Shown: positions 40,301 through 53,400 of the stretch, piece after piece
Numbering within the stretch: the first letter of the stretch is position 1
Layout: each line of letters opens with the position of its first letter
Source: Eledone cirrhosa
Lineage: Eukaryota
DNA: 64,000 nucleotides
Direction of reading: 5' to 3'
NCBI GenBank assembly: GCA_964016885.1
Contig: OZ024740.1
Location: forward strand, 417,570,001-417,634,000
Notes under the pieces: generated by a model
What the model was told of the DNA's origin: nothing
What the model saw: only the letters and a program-made list of their open reading frames with translations
Database searches by the model: none
Position numbers and translations under genes: made by a program

Positions 40301-43300
40301 ATAGACCACAGCTCTGATATTACAGACATGTGGTTAGAATGTCTCAGGAAAGAATCTCTGAATTGAGAGATCACAGCTCTGATATTACAGACATGTGGTT
40401 AGAATGTCCCAGGAAAGAATCTCTGAATTGAGAGATCACAGCTTTGATATTACAGACATGTGGTTAGAATGTCTCAGGAAAGAGTCTCTGAATTGAGAGA
40501 TCACAGCTCTGATATTACAGACATGTGGTTAGAATGTCTCAGGAAATAGTCTCTGAATTGAGAGACCACAGCTCTGATATTACAGACATGTGGTTAGAAT
40601 GTCTCAGGAAAGAATCTCTGAATTGAGAGATCACAGCTCTGATATTACAGACATGTGGTTAGAATGTCTCAGGAAAGAATCTCTGAATCGTGAGATCACA
40701 GCTCTGATACTAAAGACATGTGGTTAGAATGTCTCTGGAAAGAGTCTCTGAATTGAGAGATCACAGCTCTGATATTACAGAAATGTGGTTAGAATGTCTC
40801 AGGAAAGAGTCTCTGAATTGAGAGATCACAGCTCTGATATTACTAGACATGTGGTTAGAATGTCTTAGGAAAAAGTCTCTCAATTGAGAGACCACAGCTC
40901 TGATATTACAGACATGTGGCTAGAATGTCTCAGGAATGAGTCTCTGAATTGAGAGACCACAGATCTGATACTACAGACATGTGGTTAGAATGTCTCAGGA
41001 AAGAGTCTCTGAATTGAGAGACAACGGCTCTGATATAACAGACATGTGGTTAGAATGTCTCAGGAAAGAACCTCTGAATTGAGAGACCTCAGCTCTGATA
41101 TTACAGACATGTGGTTAGAATGTCTCAGGAAAGAATCTCCGAATTGAGAGACCACAGCTCTGATACTACAGACATGGGGTTAGAATGTCTCAAGAAAGAG
41201 TCTCTCAATTGAGAGACCACAGCTCTGATATTACAGACATGGGGATAGAATGTCTCAGGAAAGAGTCTCTGAATTGAGAGACCACAGCTCTGATATTACA
41301 GACATGTGGTTAGAATGTCTCAGGAAAGAGTCTCTGAATTGAGAGACCACAGCTCTGATATTACAAACATGGGGTTAGAATGTCTCAGGAAAGAGTCTCT
41401 GAATTGATAGACCACAGCTCTGATATTACAGACATGTGGTTAGAATGTCTCAGGAAAGAATCTCTGAATTGAGAGATCACAGCTCTGATATTACAGACAT
41501 GTGGTTAGAATGTCCCAGGAAAGAATCTCTGAATTGAGAGATCACAGCTTTGATATTACAGACATGTGGTTAGAATGTCTCAGGAAAGAGTCTCTGAATT
41601 GAGAGACCACAGCTCTGATACTACAGACTTGTGGTTAGAATGTCTCTGGAAAGAATCTCTGAATTAAGAGATCACAGCTCTGATATTACAGGCATGTGGC
41701 TAGAATGTCTCAGGAAAGAATCTCTGAATTGAGAGACCACAGCTCTGATACTACAGATATGTGGTTAGAACGTCTCAGGAAAGAGTCTCTGAATTGAGAG
41801 ACCACAGCTCTGATACTACAGGCATGTGGTTAGAATGTCTCAGGAAAGAATCTCTGAATTGAGAGATCACAGCTCTGATATTACAGACACGTGGTTAGAA
41901 TGTCTCAGGAAAGAACCTCTGAATTGAGAGACGACAGCTCTGATATTACAGACATGTGGCTGGAATGTCTCAGGAAAGAATCTCTGAATTGAGAGACCAC
42001 AGCTCTGATATTACTAGACATGTGGTTAGAATGTCTCAGTAAAGAATCTATCTCTGAATTGAGAGACCACAGCTCTGATACTACAGACATGTGGTTAGAA
42101 TGTCTCAAGAAAGAGTCTCTCAATTGAGAGACCACAGATCTGATATTACAGACATGTGGCTAGAATGTCTCAGGAAAGAATCTCTGGATTGAGAGATCAC
42201 AGCTCTGATATTACAGACATGTGGTTAGAATGTCTCAGGAAAGAATCTCCGAATTGAGAGACCACAGCTCTGATACTACAGACATGTGGTTAGAATGTCT
42301 CAGGAAAGAATCTCTGAATTGAGAGACCACAGCTCTGATACTACAGACATGGGGTTAGAATGTCTCAGGAAAGAATCTCTGAATTGAGAGATCACAGCTC
42401 TGATATTACAGACATGTGGTTAGAATGTCTCAGGAAATAGTCTCTGAATTGAGAGACCACAGCTCTGATATTACAGACATGTGGTTAGAATGTCTCAGGA
42501 AAGAATCTCTGAATTGAGAGATCACAGCTCTGATATTACAGACATGTGGTTAGAATGTCTCAAGAAAGAGTCTCTGAATTGAGAGACCACAGCTCTGATA
42601 TTACAGACATGTGGCTAGAATGTCTCAGGAAAGAGTCTCTGAATTGAGAGATCACAGCTCTGATGTTACAGACATGTGGTTACAATGTCTCAGGAAAGAA
42701 TCTCTGAATTGAGAGACCACAGCTCTGATATTACAGACATGTGGCTAGAATGTCTCAGGAAAGAGTATTTGAATTGAGAGATCACAGCTCTGATATTACA
42801 GACATGTGGGTAGAATGTCTCAGGAAAGAACCTCTGAATTGAGAGACCACAGATCTGATATTACAGACATGTGGCTAGAATGTCTCAGGAAAGAGTCTCT
42901 GGATTGAGAGATCACAGCTCTGATATTACAGACACGTGGTTAGAATGCCTCAGGAAAGAATCTCCGAATTGAGAGACCACAGCTCTGATACTACAGACAT
43001 GTGGTTAGAATGTCTCAGGAAAGAATCTCTGAATTGAGAGACCACAGCTCTGATACTACAGACATGGGGTTAGAATGTCTCAGGAAAGAGTCTGTGAATT
43101 GAGAGATCACAGCTCTGATATTACAGACATGTGGTTAGAATGTCTCAGGAAATAGTCTCTGAATTGAGAGACCACAGCTCTGATATTACAGACATGTGGT
43201 TAGAATGTCTCAGGAAAGAGTCTCTGAATTGAGAGATCACAGCTCTGATATTACAGACATGTGGTTAGAATGTCTCAGGAAAGAGTCTCTGAATTGAGAG

Positions 43301-46300
43301 ACCACAGCTCTGATACTACAGACATGTGGTTAGAATGTCTCAGGAAAGAATCTCTGAATTGAGAGACCACATCTCTGATACTACAGACATGGGGTTAGAA
43401 TGTCTAAGGAAAGAGTCTCTGAATTGAGAGATCACAGCTCTGATATTACAGACATGTGGTTAGAATGTCTCAGGAAATAGTCTCTGAATTGAGAGACCAC
43501 AGCTCTGATATTACAGACATGTGGTTAGAATGTCTCAGGAAAGAATCTCTGAATTGAGAGATCACAGCTCTGATATTACAGACATGTGGTTAGAATGTCT
43601 CAGGAAAGAATCTCTGAATCGTGAGATCACAGCTCTGATACTAAAGACATGTGGTTAGAATGTCTCTGGAAAGAGTCTCTGAATTGAGAGATCACAGCTC
43701 TGATATTACAGAAATGTGGTTAGAATGTCTCAGGAAAGAGTCTCTGAATTGAGAGATCACAGCTCTGATATTACTAGACATGTGGTTAGAATGTCTTAGG
43801 AAAAAGTCTCTCAATTGAGAGACCACAGCTCTGATATTACAGACATGTGGCTAGAATGTCTCAGGAATGAGTCTCTGAATTGAGAGACCACAGATCTGAT
43901 ACTACAGACATGTGGTTAGAATGTCTCAGGAAAGAGTCTCTGAATTGAGAGACAACGGCTCTGATATAACAGACATGTGGTTAGAATGTCTCAGGAAAGA
44001 ACCTCTGAATTGAGAGACCTCAGCTCTGATATTACAGACATGTGGTTAGAATGTCTCAGGAAAGAATCTCCGAATTGAGAGACCACAGCTCTGATACTAC
44101 AGACATGGGGTTAGAATGTCTCAAGAAAGAGTCTCTCAATTGAGAGACCACAGCTCTGATATTACAGACATGGGGATAGAATGTCTCAGGAAAGAGTCTC
44201 TGAATTGAGAGACCACAGCTCTGATATTACAGACATGTGGTTAGAATGTCTCAGGAAAGAGTCTCTGAATTGAGAGACCACAGCTCTGATATTACAAACA
44301 TGGGGTTAGAATGTCTCAGGAAAGAGTCTCTGAATTGATAGACCACAGCTCTGATATTACAGACATGTGGTTAGAATGTCTCAGGAAAGAATCTCTGAAT
44401 TGAGAGATCACAGCTCTGATATTACAGACATGTGGTTAGAATGTCCCAGGAAAGAATCTCTGAATTGAGAGATCACAGCTTTGATATTACAGACATGTGG
44501 TTAGAATGTCTCAGGAAAGAGTCTCTGAATTGAGAGACCACAGCTCTGATACTACAGACTTGTGGTTAGAATGTCTCTGGAAAGAATCTCTGAATTAAGA
44601 GATCACAGCTCTGATATTACAGGCATGTGGCTAGAATGTCTCAGGAAAGAATCTCTGAATTGACAGACCACAGCTCTGATACTACAGATATGTGGTTAGA
44701 ACGTCTCAGGAAAGAGTCTCTGAATTGAGAGACCACAGCTCTGATACTACAGGCATGTGGTTAGAATGTCTCAGGAAAGAATCTCTGAATTGAGAGATCA
44801 CAGCTCTGATATTACAGACACGTGGTTAGAATGTCTCAGGAAAGAACCTCTGAATTGAGAGACGACAGCTCTGATATTACAGACATGTGGCTGGAATGTC
44901 TCAGGAAAGAATCTCTGAATTGAGAGACCACAGCTCTGATATTACTAGACATGTGGTTAGAATGTCTCAGTAAAGAATCTATCTCTGAATTGAGAGACCA
45001 CAGCTCTGATACTACAGACATGTGGTTAGAATGTCTCAAGAAAGAGTCTCTCAATTGAGAGACCACAGATCTGATATTACAGACATGTGGCTAGAATATC
45101 TCAGGAAAGAATCTCTGGATTGAGAGATCACAGCTCTGATATTACAGACATGTGGTTAGAATGTCTCAGGAAAGAATCTCCGAATTGAGAGACCACAGCT
45201 CTGATACTACAGACATGTGGTTAGAATGTCTCAGGAAAGAATCTCTGAATTGAGAGACCACAGCTCTGATACTACAGACATGGGGTTAGAATGTCTCAGG
45301 AAAGAATCTCTGAATTGAGAGATCACAGCTCTGATATTACAGACATGTGGTTAGAATGTCTCAGGAAATAGTCTCTGAATTGAGAGACCACAGCTCTGAT
45401 ATTACAGACATGTGGTTAGAATGTCTCAGGAAAGAATCTCTGAATTGAGAGATCACAGCTCTGATATTACAGACATGTGGTTAGAATGTCTCAAGAAAGA
45501 GTCTCTGAATTGAGAGACCACAGCTCTGATATTACAGACATGTGGCTAGAATGTCTCAGGAAAGAGTCTCTGAATTGAGAGATCACAGCTCTGATGTTAC
45601 AGACATGTGGTTACAATGTCTCAGGAAAGAATCTCTGAATTGAGAGACCACAGCTCTGATATTACAGACATGTGGCTAGAATGTCTCAGGAAAGAGTATT
45701 TGAATTGAGAGATCACAGCTCTGATATTACAGACATGTGGGTAGAATGTCTCAGGAAAGAACCTCTGAATTGAGAGACCACAGATCTGATATTACAGACA
45801 TGTGGCTAGAATGTCTCAGGAAAGAGTCTCTGGATTGAGAGATCACAGCTCTGATATTACAGACACGTGGTTAGAATGCCTCAGGAAAGAATCTCCGAAT
45901 TGAGAGACCACAGCTCTGATACTACAGACATGTGGTTAGAATGTCTCAGGAAAGAATCTCTGAATTGAGAGACCACAGCTCTGATACTACAGACATGGGG
46001 TTAGAATGTCTCAGGAAAGAGTCTCTGAATTGAGAGACCACAGCTCTGATATTACAGACATGTGGTTAGAATGTCTCAGGAAAGAGTCTCTGAATTGAGA
46101 GATCACAGCTCTGATATTACAGACATGTGGTTAGAATGTCTCAGGAAATAGTCTCTGAATTGAGAGACCACAGCTCTGATATTACAGACATGTGGTTAGA
46201 ATGTCTCAGGAAAGAATCTCTGAATTGAGAGATCACAGCTCTGATATTACAGACATGTGGTTAGAATGTCTCAGGAAAGAATCTCTGAATCGTGAGATCA

Positions 46301-47900
46301 CAGCTCTGATACTAAAGACATGTGGTTAGAATGTCTCTGGAAAGAGTCTCTGAATTGAGAGATCACAGCTCTGATATTACAGAAATGTGGTTAGAATGTC
46401 TCAGGAAAGAGTCTCTGAATTGAGAGATCACAGCTCTGATATTACTAGACATGTGGTTAGAATGTCTTAGGAAAAAGTCTCTCAATTGAGAGACCACAGC
46501 TCTGATATTACAGACATGTGGCTAGAATGTCTCAGGAATGAGTCTCTGAATTGAGAGACCACAGATCTGATACTACAGACATGTGGTTAGAATGTCTCAG
46601 GAAAGAGTCTCTGAATTGAGAGACAACGGCTCTGATATAACAGACATGTGGTTAGAATGTCTCAGGAAAGAACCTCTGAATTGAGAGACCTCAGCTCTGA
46701 TATTACAGACATGTGGTTAGAATGTCTCAGGAAAGAATCTCCGAATTGAGAGACCACAGCTCTGATACTACAGACATGGGGTTAGAATGTCTCAAGAAAG
46801 AGTCTCTCAATTGAGAGACCACAGCTCTGATATTACAGACATGGGGATAGAATGTCTCAGGAAAGAGTCTCTGAATTGAGAGACCACAGCTCTGATATTA
46901 CAGACATGTGGTTAGAATGTCTCAGGAAAGAGTCTCTGAATTGAGAGACCACAGCTCTGATATTACAAACATGGGGTTAGAATGTCTCAGGAAAGAGTCT
47001 CTGAATTGATAGACCACAGCTCTGATATTACAGACATGTGGTTAGAATGTCTCAGGAAAGAATCTCTGAATTGAGAGATCACAGCTCTGATATTACAGAC
47101 ATGTGGTTAGAATGTCCCAGGAAAGAATCTCTGAATTGAGAGATCACAGCTTTGATATTACAGACATGTGGTTAGAATGTCTCAGGAAAGAGTCTCTGAA
47201 TTGAGAGACCACAGCTCTGATACTACAGACTTGTGGTTAGAATGTCTCTGGAAAGAATCTCTGAATTAAGAGATCACAGCTCTGATATTACAGGCATGTG
47301 GCTAGAATGTCTCAGGAAAGAATCTCTGAATTGAGAGACCACAGCTCTGATACTACAGATATGTGGTTAGAACGTCTCAGGAAAGAGTCTCTGAATTGAG
47401 AGACCACAGCTCTGATACTACTAGACATGTGGTTAGAATGTCTCAGTAAAGAATCTATCTCTGAATTGAGAGACCACAGCTCTGATACCACAGACATGTG
47501 GTTAGAATGTCTCAAGAAAGAGTCTCTCAATTGAGAGACCACAGATCTGATATTACAGACATGTGGCTAGAATGTCTCAGGAAAGAATCTCTGGATTGAG
47601 AGATCACAGCTCTGATATTACAGACATGTGGTTAGAACGTCTCAGGAAAGAATCTCCGAATTGAGAGACCACAGCTCTGATACTACAGACATGTGGTTAG
47701 AATGTCTCAGGAAAGAATCTCTGAATTGAGAGACCACAGCTCTGATACTACAGACATGGGGTTAGAATGTCTCAGGAAAGAGTCTCTGAATTGAGAGATC
47801 ACAGCTCTGATATTACAGACATGTGGTTAGAATGTCTCAGGAAATAGTCTCTGAATTGAGAGACCACAGCTCTGATATTACAGACATGTGGTTAGAATGT
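33600..47900 (+). repeat. HOR domain A3: nested 17-mer (1106 bp) duplications plus 45-mer (2931 bp) and 41-mer (2671 bp) units
   Basis: AATCGTG marker: 33780->34886 and 39583->40689, both 1106 = 17 x 65 + 1. GAATTAAGAG marker: 41661->44592 (2931)->47263 (2671). The ATGTCCCAGG...AGCTTTGA monomer was seen only between ~34600 and ~47150. Confidence 0.82.
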
Positions 47901-50450
47901 CTCAGCAAAGAATCTCTGAATTGAGAGATCACAGCTCTGATATTACAGACATGTGGTTAGAATATCTCAGGAAAGAGTCTCTGAATTGAGAGATCACAGC
48001 TCTGATATTACTAGACATGTGGTTAGAATGTCTCAGGAAAAAGTCTCTCAATTGAGAGACCACAGCTCTGATATTACAGACATGTGGCTAGAATGTCTCA
48101 GGAAAGAGTCTCTGAAATTGAGAGATCACAGCTCTGATGTTACAGACATTTGGTTAGAATGTCTCAGGATAGAATCTCTGAATTGAGAGACCACAGCTCT
48201 GATATTACAGACATGTGGCTAGAATGTCTCAGGAAAGAGTCTCTGAATTGAGAGATCACAGCTCTGATATTACAGACATGTGGGTAGAATGTCTCAGGAA
48301 AGAACCTCTGAATTGAGAGACCACAGATTTGATATTACAGACATGCGGCTAGAATGTCTCAGGAAAGAGTCTCTGGATTGAGAGATCACAGCTCTGATAT
48401 TACAGACATGTGGTTAGAATGTCTCAGGAAAGAATCTCCGAATTGAGAGACCACAGCTCTGATATTACAGACATGTGGCTAGAATGTCTCAGGAAAGTGT
48501 CTCTGAAATGAGAGATCACAGCTCTGATGTTACAGACATTTGGTTAGAATGTCTCAGGATAGAATCTCTGAATTGAGAGACCACAGCTCTGATATTACAG
48601 ACATGTGGCTAGAATGTCTCAGGAAAGAGTCTCTGGATTGAGAGATCACAGCTCTGATATTACAGACATGTGGTTAGAATGTCTCAGGAAAGAATCTCCG
48701 AATTGAGAGACCACAGCTCTGATACTACAGACATGTGGTTAGAATGTCTCAGGAAAGAATCTCCGAATTGAGAGACCACAGCTCTGATACTACAGACATG
48801 TGGTTAGAATGTCTCAGGAAAGAATCTCCGAATTGAGAGACCACAGCTCTGATACTACAGACATGTGGTTAGAATGTCTCAGGAAAGAATCTCTGAATTG
48901 AGAGATCACAGCTCTGATATTAAAGACATGTGGTTAGAATGTCTCAGGAAAGAGTCTCTGAATTGAGAGATCACAGCTCTGATATTACAGACATGTGGCT
49001 AGAATGTCTCAGGAAAGTGTCTCTGAATTGAGAGATCACAGCTCTGATGTTACAGACATTTGGTTAGAATGTCTCAGGATAGAATCTCTGAATTGAGAGA
49101 CCACAGCTCTGATATTACAGACAGGTGGCTAGAATGTCTCAGGAAAGAGTCTCTGAATTGAGAGATCACAGCTCTGATATTACAGACATGTGGGTAGAAT
49201 GTCTCAGGAAAGAACCTCTGAATTGAGAGACCACAGATTTGATATTACAGACATGTGGCTAGAATGACTCAGGAAAGAGTCTCTGGATTGAGAGATCACA
49301 GCTCTGATATTACAGACATGTGGTTAGAATGTCTCAGGAAAGAATCTCCGAATTGAGAAACCACAGCTCTGATACTACAGACATGTGGTTAGAATGTCTC
49401 AGGAAAGAATCTCTGAATTGAGAGACCACAGCTCTGATACTACAGACATGGGATTAGAATGTCTCAGGAAAGAGTCTCTGAATTGAGAGATCACAGCTCT
49501 GATATTACAGACATGCGGTTAGAATGTCTCAGGAAATAGTCTCTGAATTGAGAGACCACAGCTCTGATATTACAGACATGTGGTTAGAATGTCTCAGGAA
49601 AGAATCTCTGAATTGAGAGATCACAGTTCTGATATTACAGACATGTGGTTAGAATGTCTCAGGAAAGAATCTCTGAATTGAGAGATAACAGCTCTGATAT
49701 TACAGACATGCGGTTAGAATGTCTCAGGAAATAGTCTCTTAATTGAGAGACCACAGCTCTGATATTACAGACATGCGGTTAGAATGTCTCAGGAAATAGT
49801 CTCTGAATTGAGAGACCACAGCTCTTATATTACAGACATGTGGTTAGAATGTCTCAGGAAATAGTCTCTGAATTGAGAGACCACAGCTCTGATATTACAG
49901 ACATGTGGTTAGAATGTCTCAGGAAAGAATCTCTGAATTGAGAGATCACAGCTCTGATATTACAGACATGTGGTTAGAATGTCTCAGGAAAGAATCTCTG
50001 AATTGAGAGATCACAGCTCTGATATTACAGACATGTGGTTAGAATGTCTCAGGAAAGAGTCTCTGAATTGAGAGATAACAGCTCTGATATTACAGACATG
50101 TGGTTAGAATGTCTCAGGAAATAGTCTCTGAATTGAGAGACCACAGCTCTGATATTACAGACATGTGGTTAGAATGTCTCAGGAAAGAATCTCTGAATTG
50201 AGAGATCACAGCTCTGATATTACAGACATGTGGTTAGAATGTCTCAGGAAAGAATCTCTGAATTGAGAGATAACAGCTCTGATATTACAGACATGTGGTT
50301 AGAATGTCTCAGGAAAGAATCTCTGAATTGAGAGATCACAGCTCTGATATTACAGACATGTGGTTAGAATGTCTCAGGAAAGAATCTCTGAATTGAGAGA
50401 TCACAGCTCTGATATTACAGACATGTGGTTAGAATGTCTCAGGAAAGAAT
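47900..50450 (+). repeat. Transition zone with short-period (1-8 monomer) duplications and near-consensus monomers
   Basis: The private marker GACATTTGG...CAGGATAG occurs at 48150, 48540 and 49060 (390 and 520 bp = 6 and 8 monomers). Three identical TCTCCGAA/GATACTAC monomers lie at 48665-48859, and there is a low-variant run at ~49850-50430. Confidence 0.75.
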
Positions 50451-53400
50451 CTCTGAATTGTTAGACCACAGCTCTGAAATTACAGACATGTGGTGAGAAT
50501 GTCTAAGGAAAGAATCTCTGAATTGAGAGACCACAGCTCTGATACTACAGACATGGGGTTAGAATGTCTCAGGAAAGAGTCTCTGAATTGAGAGATCACA
50601 GTTCTGATATTACAGACATGTGGTTAGAATGTCTCAGGAAATAGTCTCTGAATTGAGAGAGCACAGCTGTGATATTACAGACATGTGGTTAGAATGTCTC
50701 AGGAAAGAATCTCTGAATTGAGAGATCACAGCTCTGATATTACAGACATGGGGTTAGAACGTCTCAGGAAAGAATCTCTGAATTGTGAGATCACAGCTCT
50801 GATATTAAAGACATCTGGTTAGAATGTCTCAGGAAAGAGTCTCTGAATTGAGAGATCACAGCTCTGATATTACAGACATGTGGTTAGAATGTCTCAGGAA
50901 AGAGTCTCTGAATTGAGAGATCACAGCTCTGATATTACTAAACATGTGGTTAGAATGTCTTAGGAAAAAGTCTCTCAATTGAGAGACGACAGCTCTGATA
51001 TTACAGACATGTGTCTAGAATGTCTCAGGAAAGAGTCTCTGAATTGAGAGACCACAGCTCTGATATTAAGGACATGTGGCTAGAATGTCTCAGGAAAGAG
51101 TCTCTGAATTGAGAGACCACAGATCTGATATTACAGACATGTGCTTAGAATGTCTCAGGAAAGAGTCTCTGAATTGAGAGACAACGGCTCTGATATAACA
51201 GACATGTGGTTAGAATGTCTCAGGAAAGAACCTCTGAATTGAGAGACCTCAGCTCTGATATTACAGATATGTGGTTAGAATGTCTCAGGAAAGAATCTCT
51301 GAATTGAGAGACCACAGCTCTGATATTACAGACATGTGGTTAGAATGTCTCAGGAAAGAATCTCTGAATTGAGAGACCACAGCTCTGATACTACAGACAT
51401 GTGGTTAGAATGTCTCAGGAAAGAATCTCTGAATTGAGAGATAACAGCTCTGATATTACAGACATATGGTTAGAATGTCTCAGGAAAGAATCTCTGAATT
51501 GAGAGATCACAGCTCTGATATTACAGACATGTGGTTAGAATGTCTCAGGAAAGAATCTCTGAATTGAGAGATCACAGCTCTGATATTACAGACATGTGGT
51601 TAGAATGTCTCAGGAAAGAGTCTCTGAATTGAGAGATCACAGCTCTGATATTACAGACATGTGGGTAGAATGTCTCAGGAAAGAACCTCTTAATTGAGAG
51701 ACCCCAGCTCTGATATTACAGACACGTGGCTAGAATGTCTCAGGAAAGAGTCTCTGAATTCAGAGATCACAGCTCTGATATTACAGGCATGTGGCTAGAA
51801 TGTCTCAGGAAAGAATCTCTGAATTGTTAGACCACAGCTCTGAAATTACAGACATGTGGTGAGAATGTCTCAGGAAAGATTCTCTGAATTGAGAGACCAC
51901 AGCTCTGATACTACAGGCATGTGGTTAGAATGTCTCAGGAAAGAATCTCTGAATTGAGAGACGACAGCTCTGATATTACAGACATGTGGCAGGACTGTCT
52001 CAGGAAAGAATCTCTGAATTGAGAGACCACAGCTCTGATATTACTAGACATGTGGTTAGAATGTCTCAGGAAAGAATCTCTGAATTGAGAGACCACAGCT
52101 CTGTTACTTCAGACATGTGGTTAGAATGTCTCAAGAAAGAGTCTCTCAATTGAGAGACCACAGCTCTGATATTACAGACATGTGGCTAGAATGTCTCAGG
52201 AAAGAGTCTCTGAAATGAGAGATCACAGCTCTGATGTTGAAGACATGTGGTTAGAATGTCTCAGGAAAGTGTCTCTGAATTGAGAGACCACAGCTCTGAT
52301 ATTACAGACATGTGGGTAGAATGTCTCAGGAAAGAACCTCTGAATTGAGAGACCACAGCTCTGATATTACAGACATGTCGCCAGAATGTCTCCGGAAAGA
52401 GTCTCTGAATTGAGAGATCACAGCTCTGATATTACAGACATGTGGGTAGAATGTCTCAGGAAAGACTCTCTCAATTGAGAGACCACAGCTCTGATATTAC
52501 AGACATGTGGGTAGAATGTCTCAGGAAAGAGTCTCTGAATTGAGAGACCCCAGCTCTGATATTACAGACATGTGGTTAGAATGTCTCAGGAAAGAGTCTC
52601 TGAATTGAGAGACCACAGCTCTGATATTACAAACATGTGGTTAGAATGTCTCAGGAAAGAGTCTCTGAATTGAGAGACCACAGCTCTGATACTACGGACA
52701 TGGGGTTAGAATGTCTCAGGAAAGAACCTCTGAAATAAGAGACCACAGCTCTGATATTACAGACATGTGGTTAGAATGTCTCAGGAAAGAATCTTCGAAT
52801 TGAGAGACCACAGATCTGATATTACAGACATGTGGTTAGAATGTCTCAGGAAATAATCTCTGAATTGAGAGACCACAGCTCTGATATTACAGACATGTGG
52901 TTAGAATGTCTCAGGAAAGAATCTCTGAATTGAGAGACCACAGCTCTGATATTACAGACATGTGGGTAGAATGTCTCAGGAAAGAACCTCTGAATTGAGA
53001 GACCCCAGCTCTTATATTACAGACATGTGTCTAGAATGTCTCAGGAAAGAGTCCCTGAATTCAGAGATCACAGCTCTGATATTACAGGCATGTGGCTAGA
53101 ATATCTCAGGAAAGAATCTCTGAATTGAGAGACCACAGCTCTGATACTACAGACATGTGTTTAGAATGTCTCAGGAAAGAATCTCTGAATTGAGAGATCA
53201 CAGCTCTGATACTACAGACATGTGGGTAGAATGTTTCAGGAAAGAACCTCTGAATTGAGAGACGACAGCTCTGATATTACAGACATGAGGCTGGAATGTC
53301 TCAGGAAAGAATCTCTGAATTGAGAGATCACAGCTCTGATATTACTAGACATGTGGTTAGAATGTCTCAGGAAAGTGTCTCTGAATTGAGAGACCACAGC

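Noticed and set aside
3400-47542. Eighteen near-identical 76-aa minus-strand ORFs (MVSQFRDSFLRHSNHMS...)
   Set aside because: They are translated satellite. 65 is not a multiple of 3, and the +1/+4 indels merely postpone a stop codon. They start at GTG, are internally repetitive, resemble no protein family I recognise and have no gene context. They are useful only as HOR markers.
47953-48186. 77-aa plus-strand ORF
   Set aside because: It is created by two +1 indels (TACTAG at ~48010, GAAATTG at ~48114) in the satellite; there is no evidence of coding.
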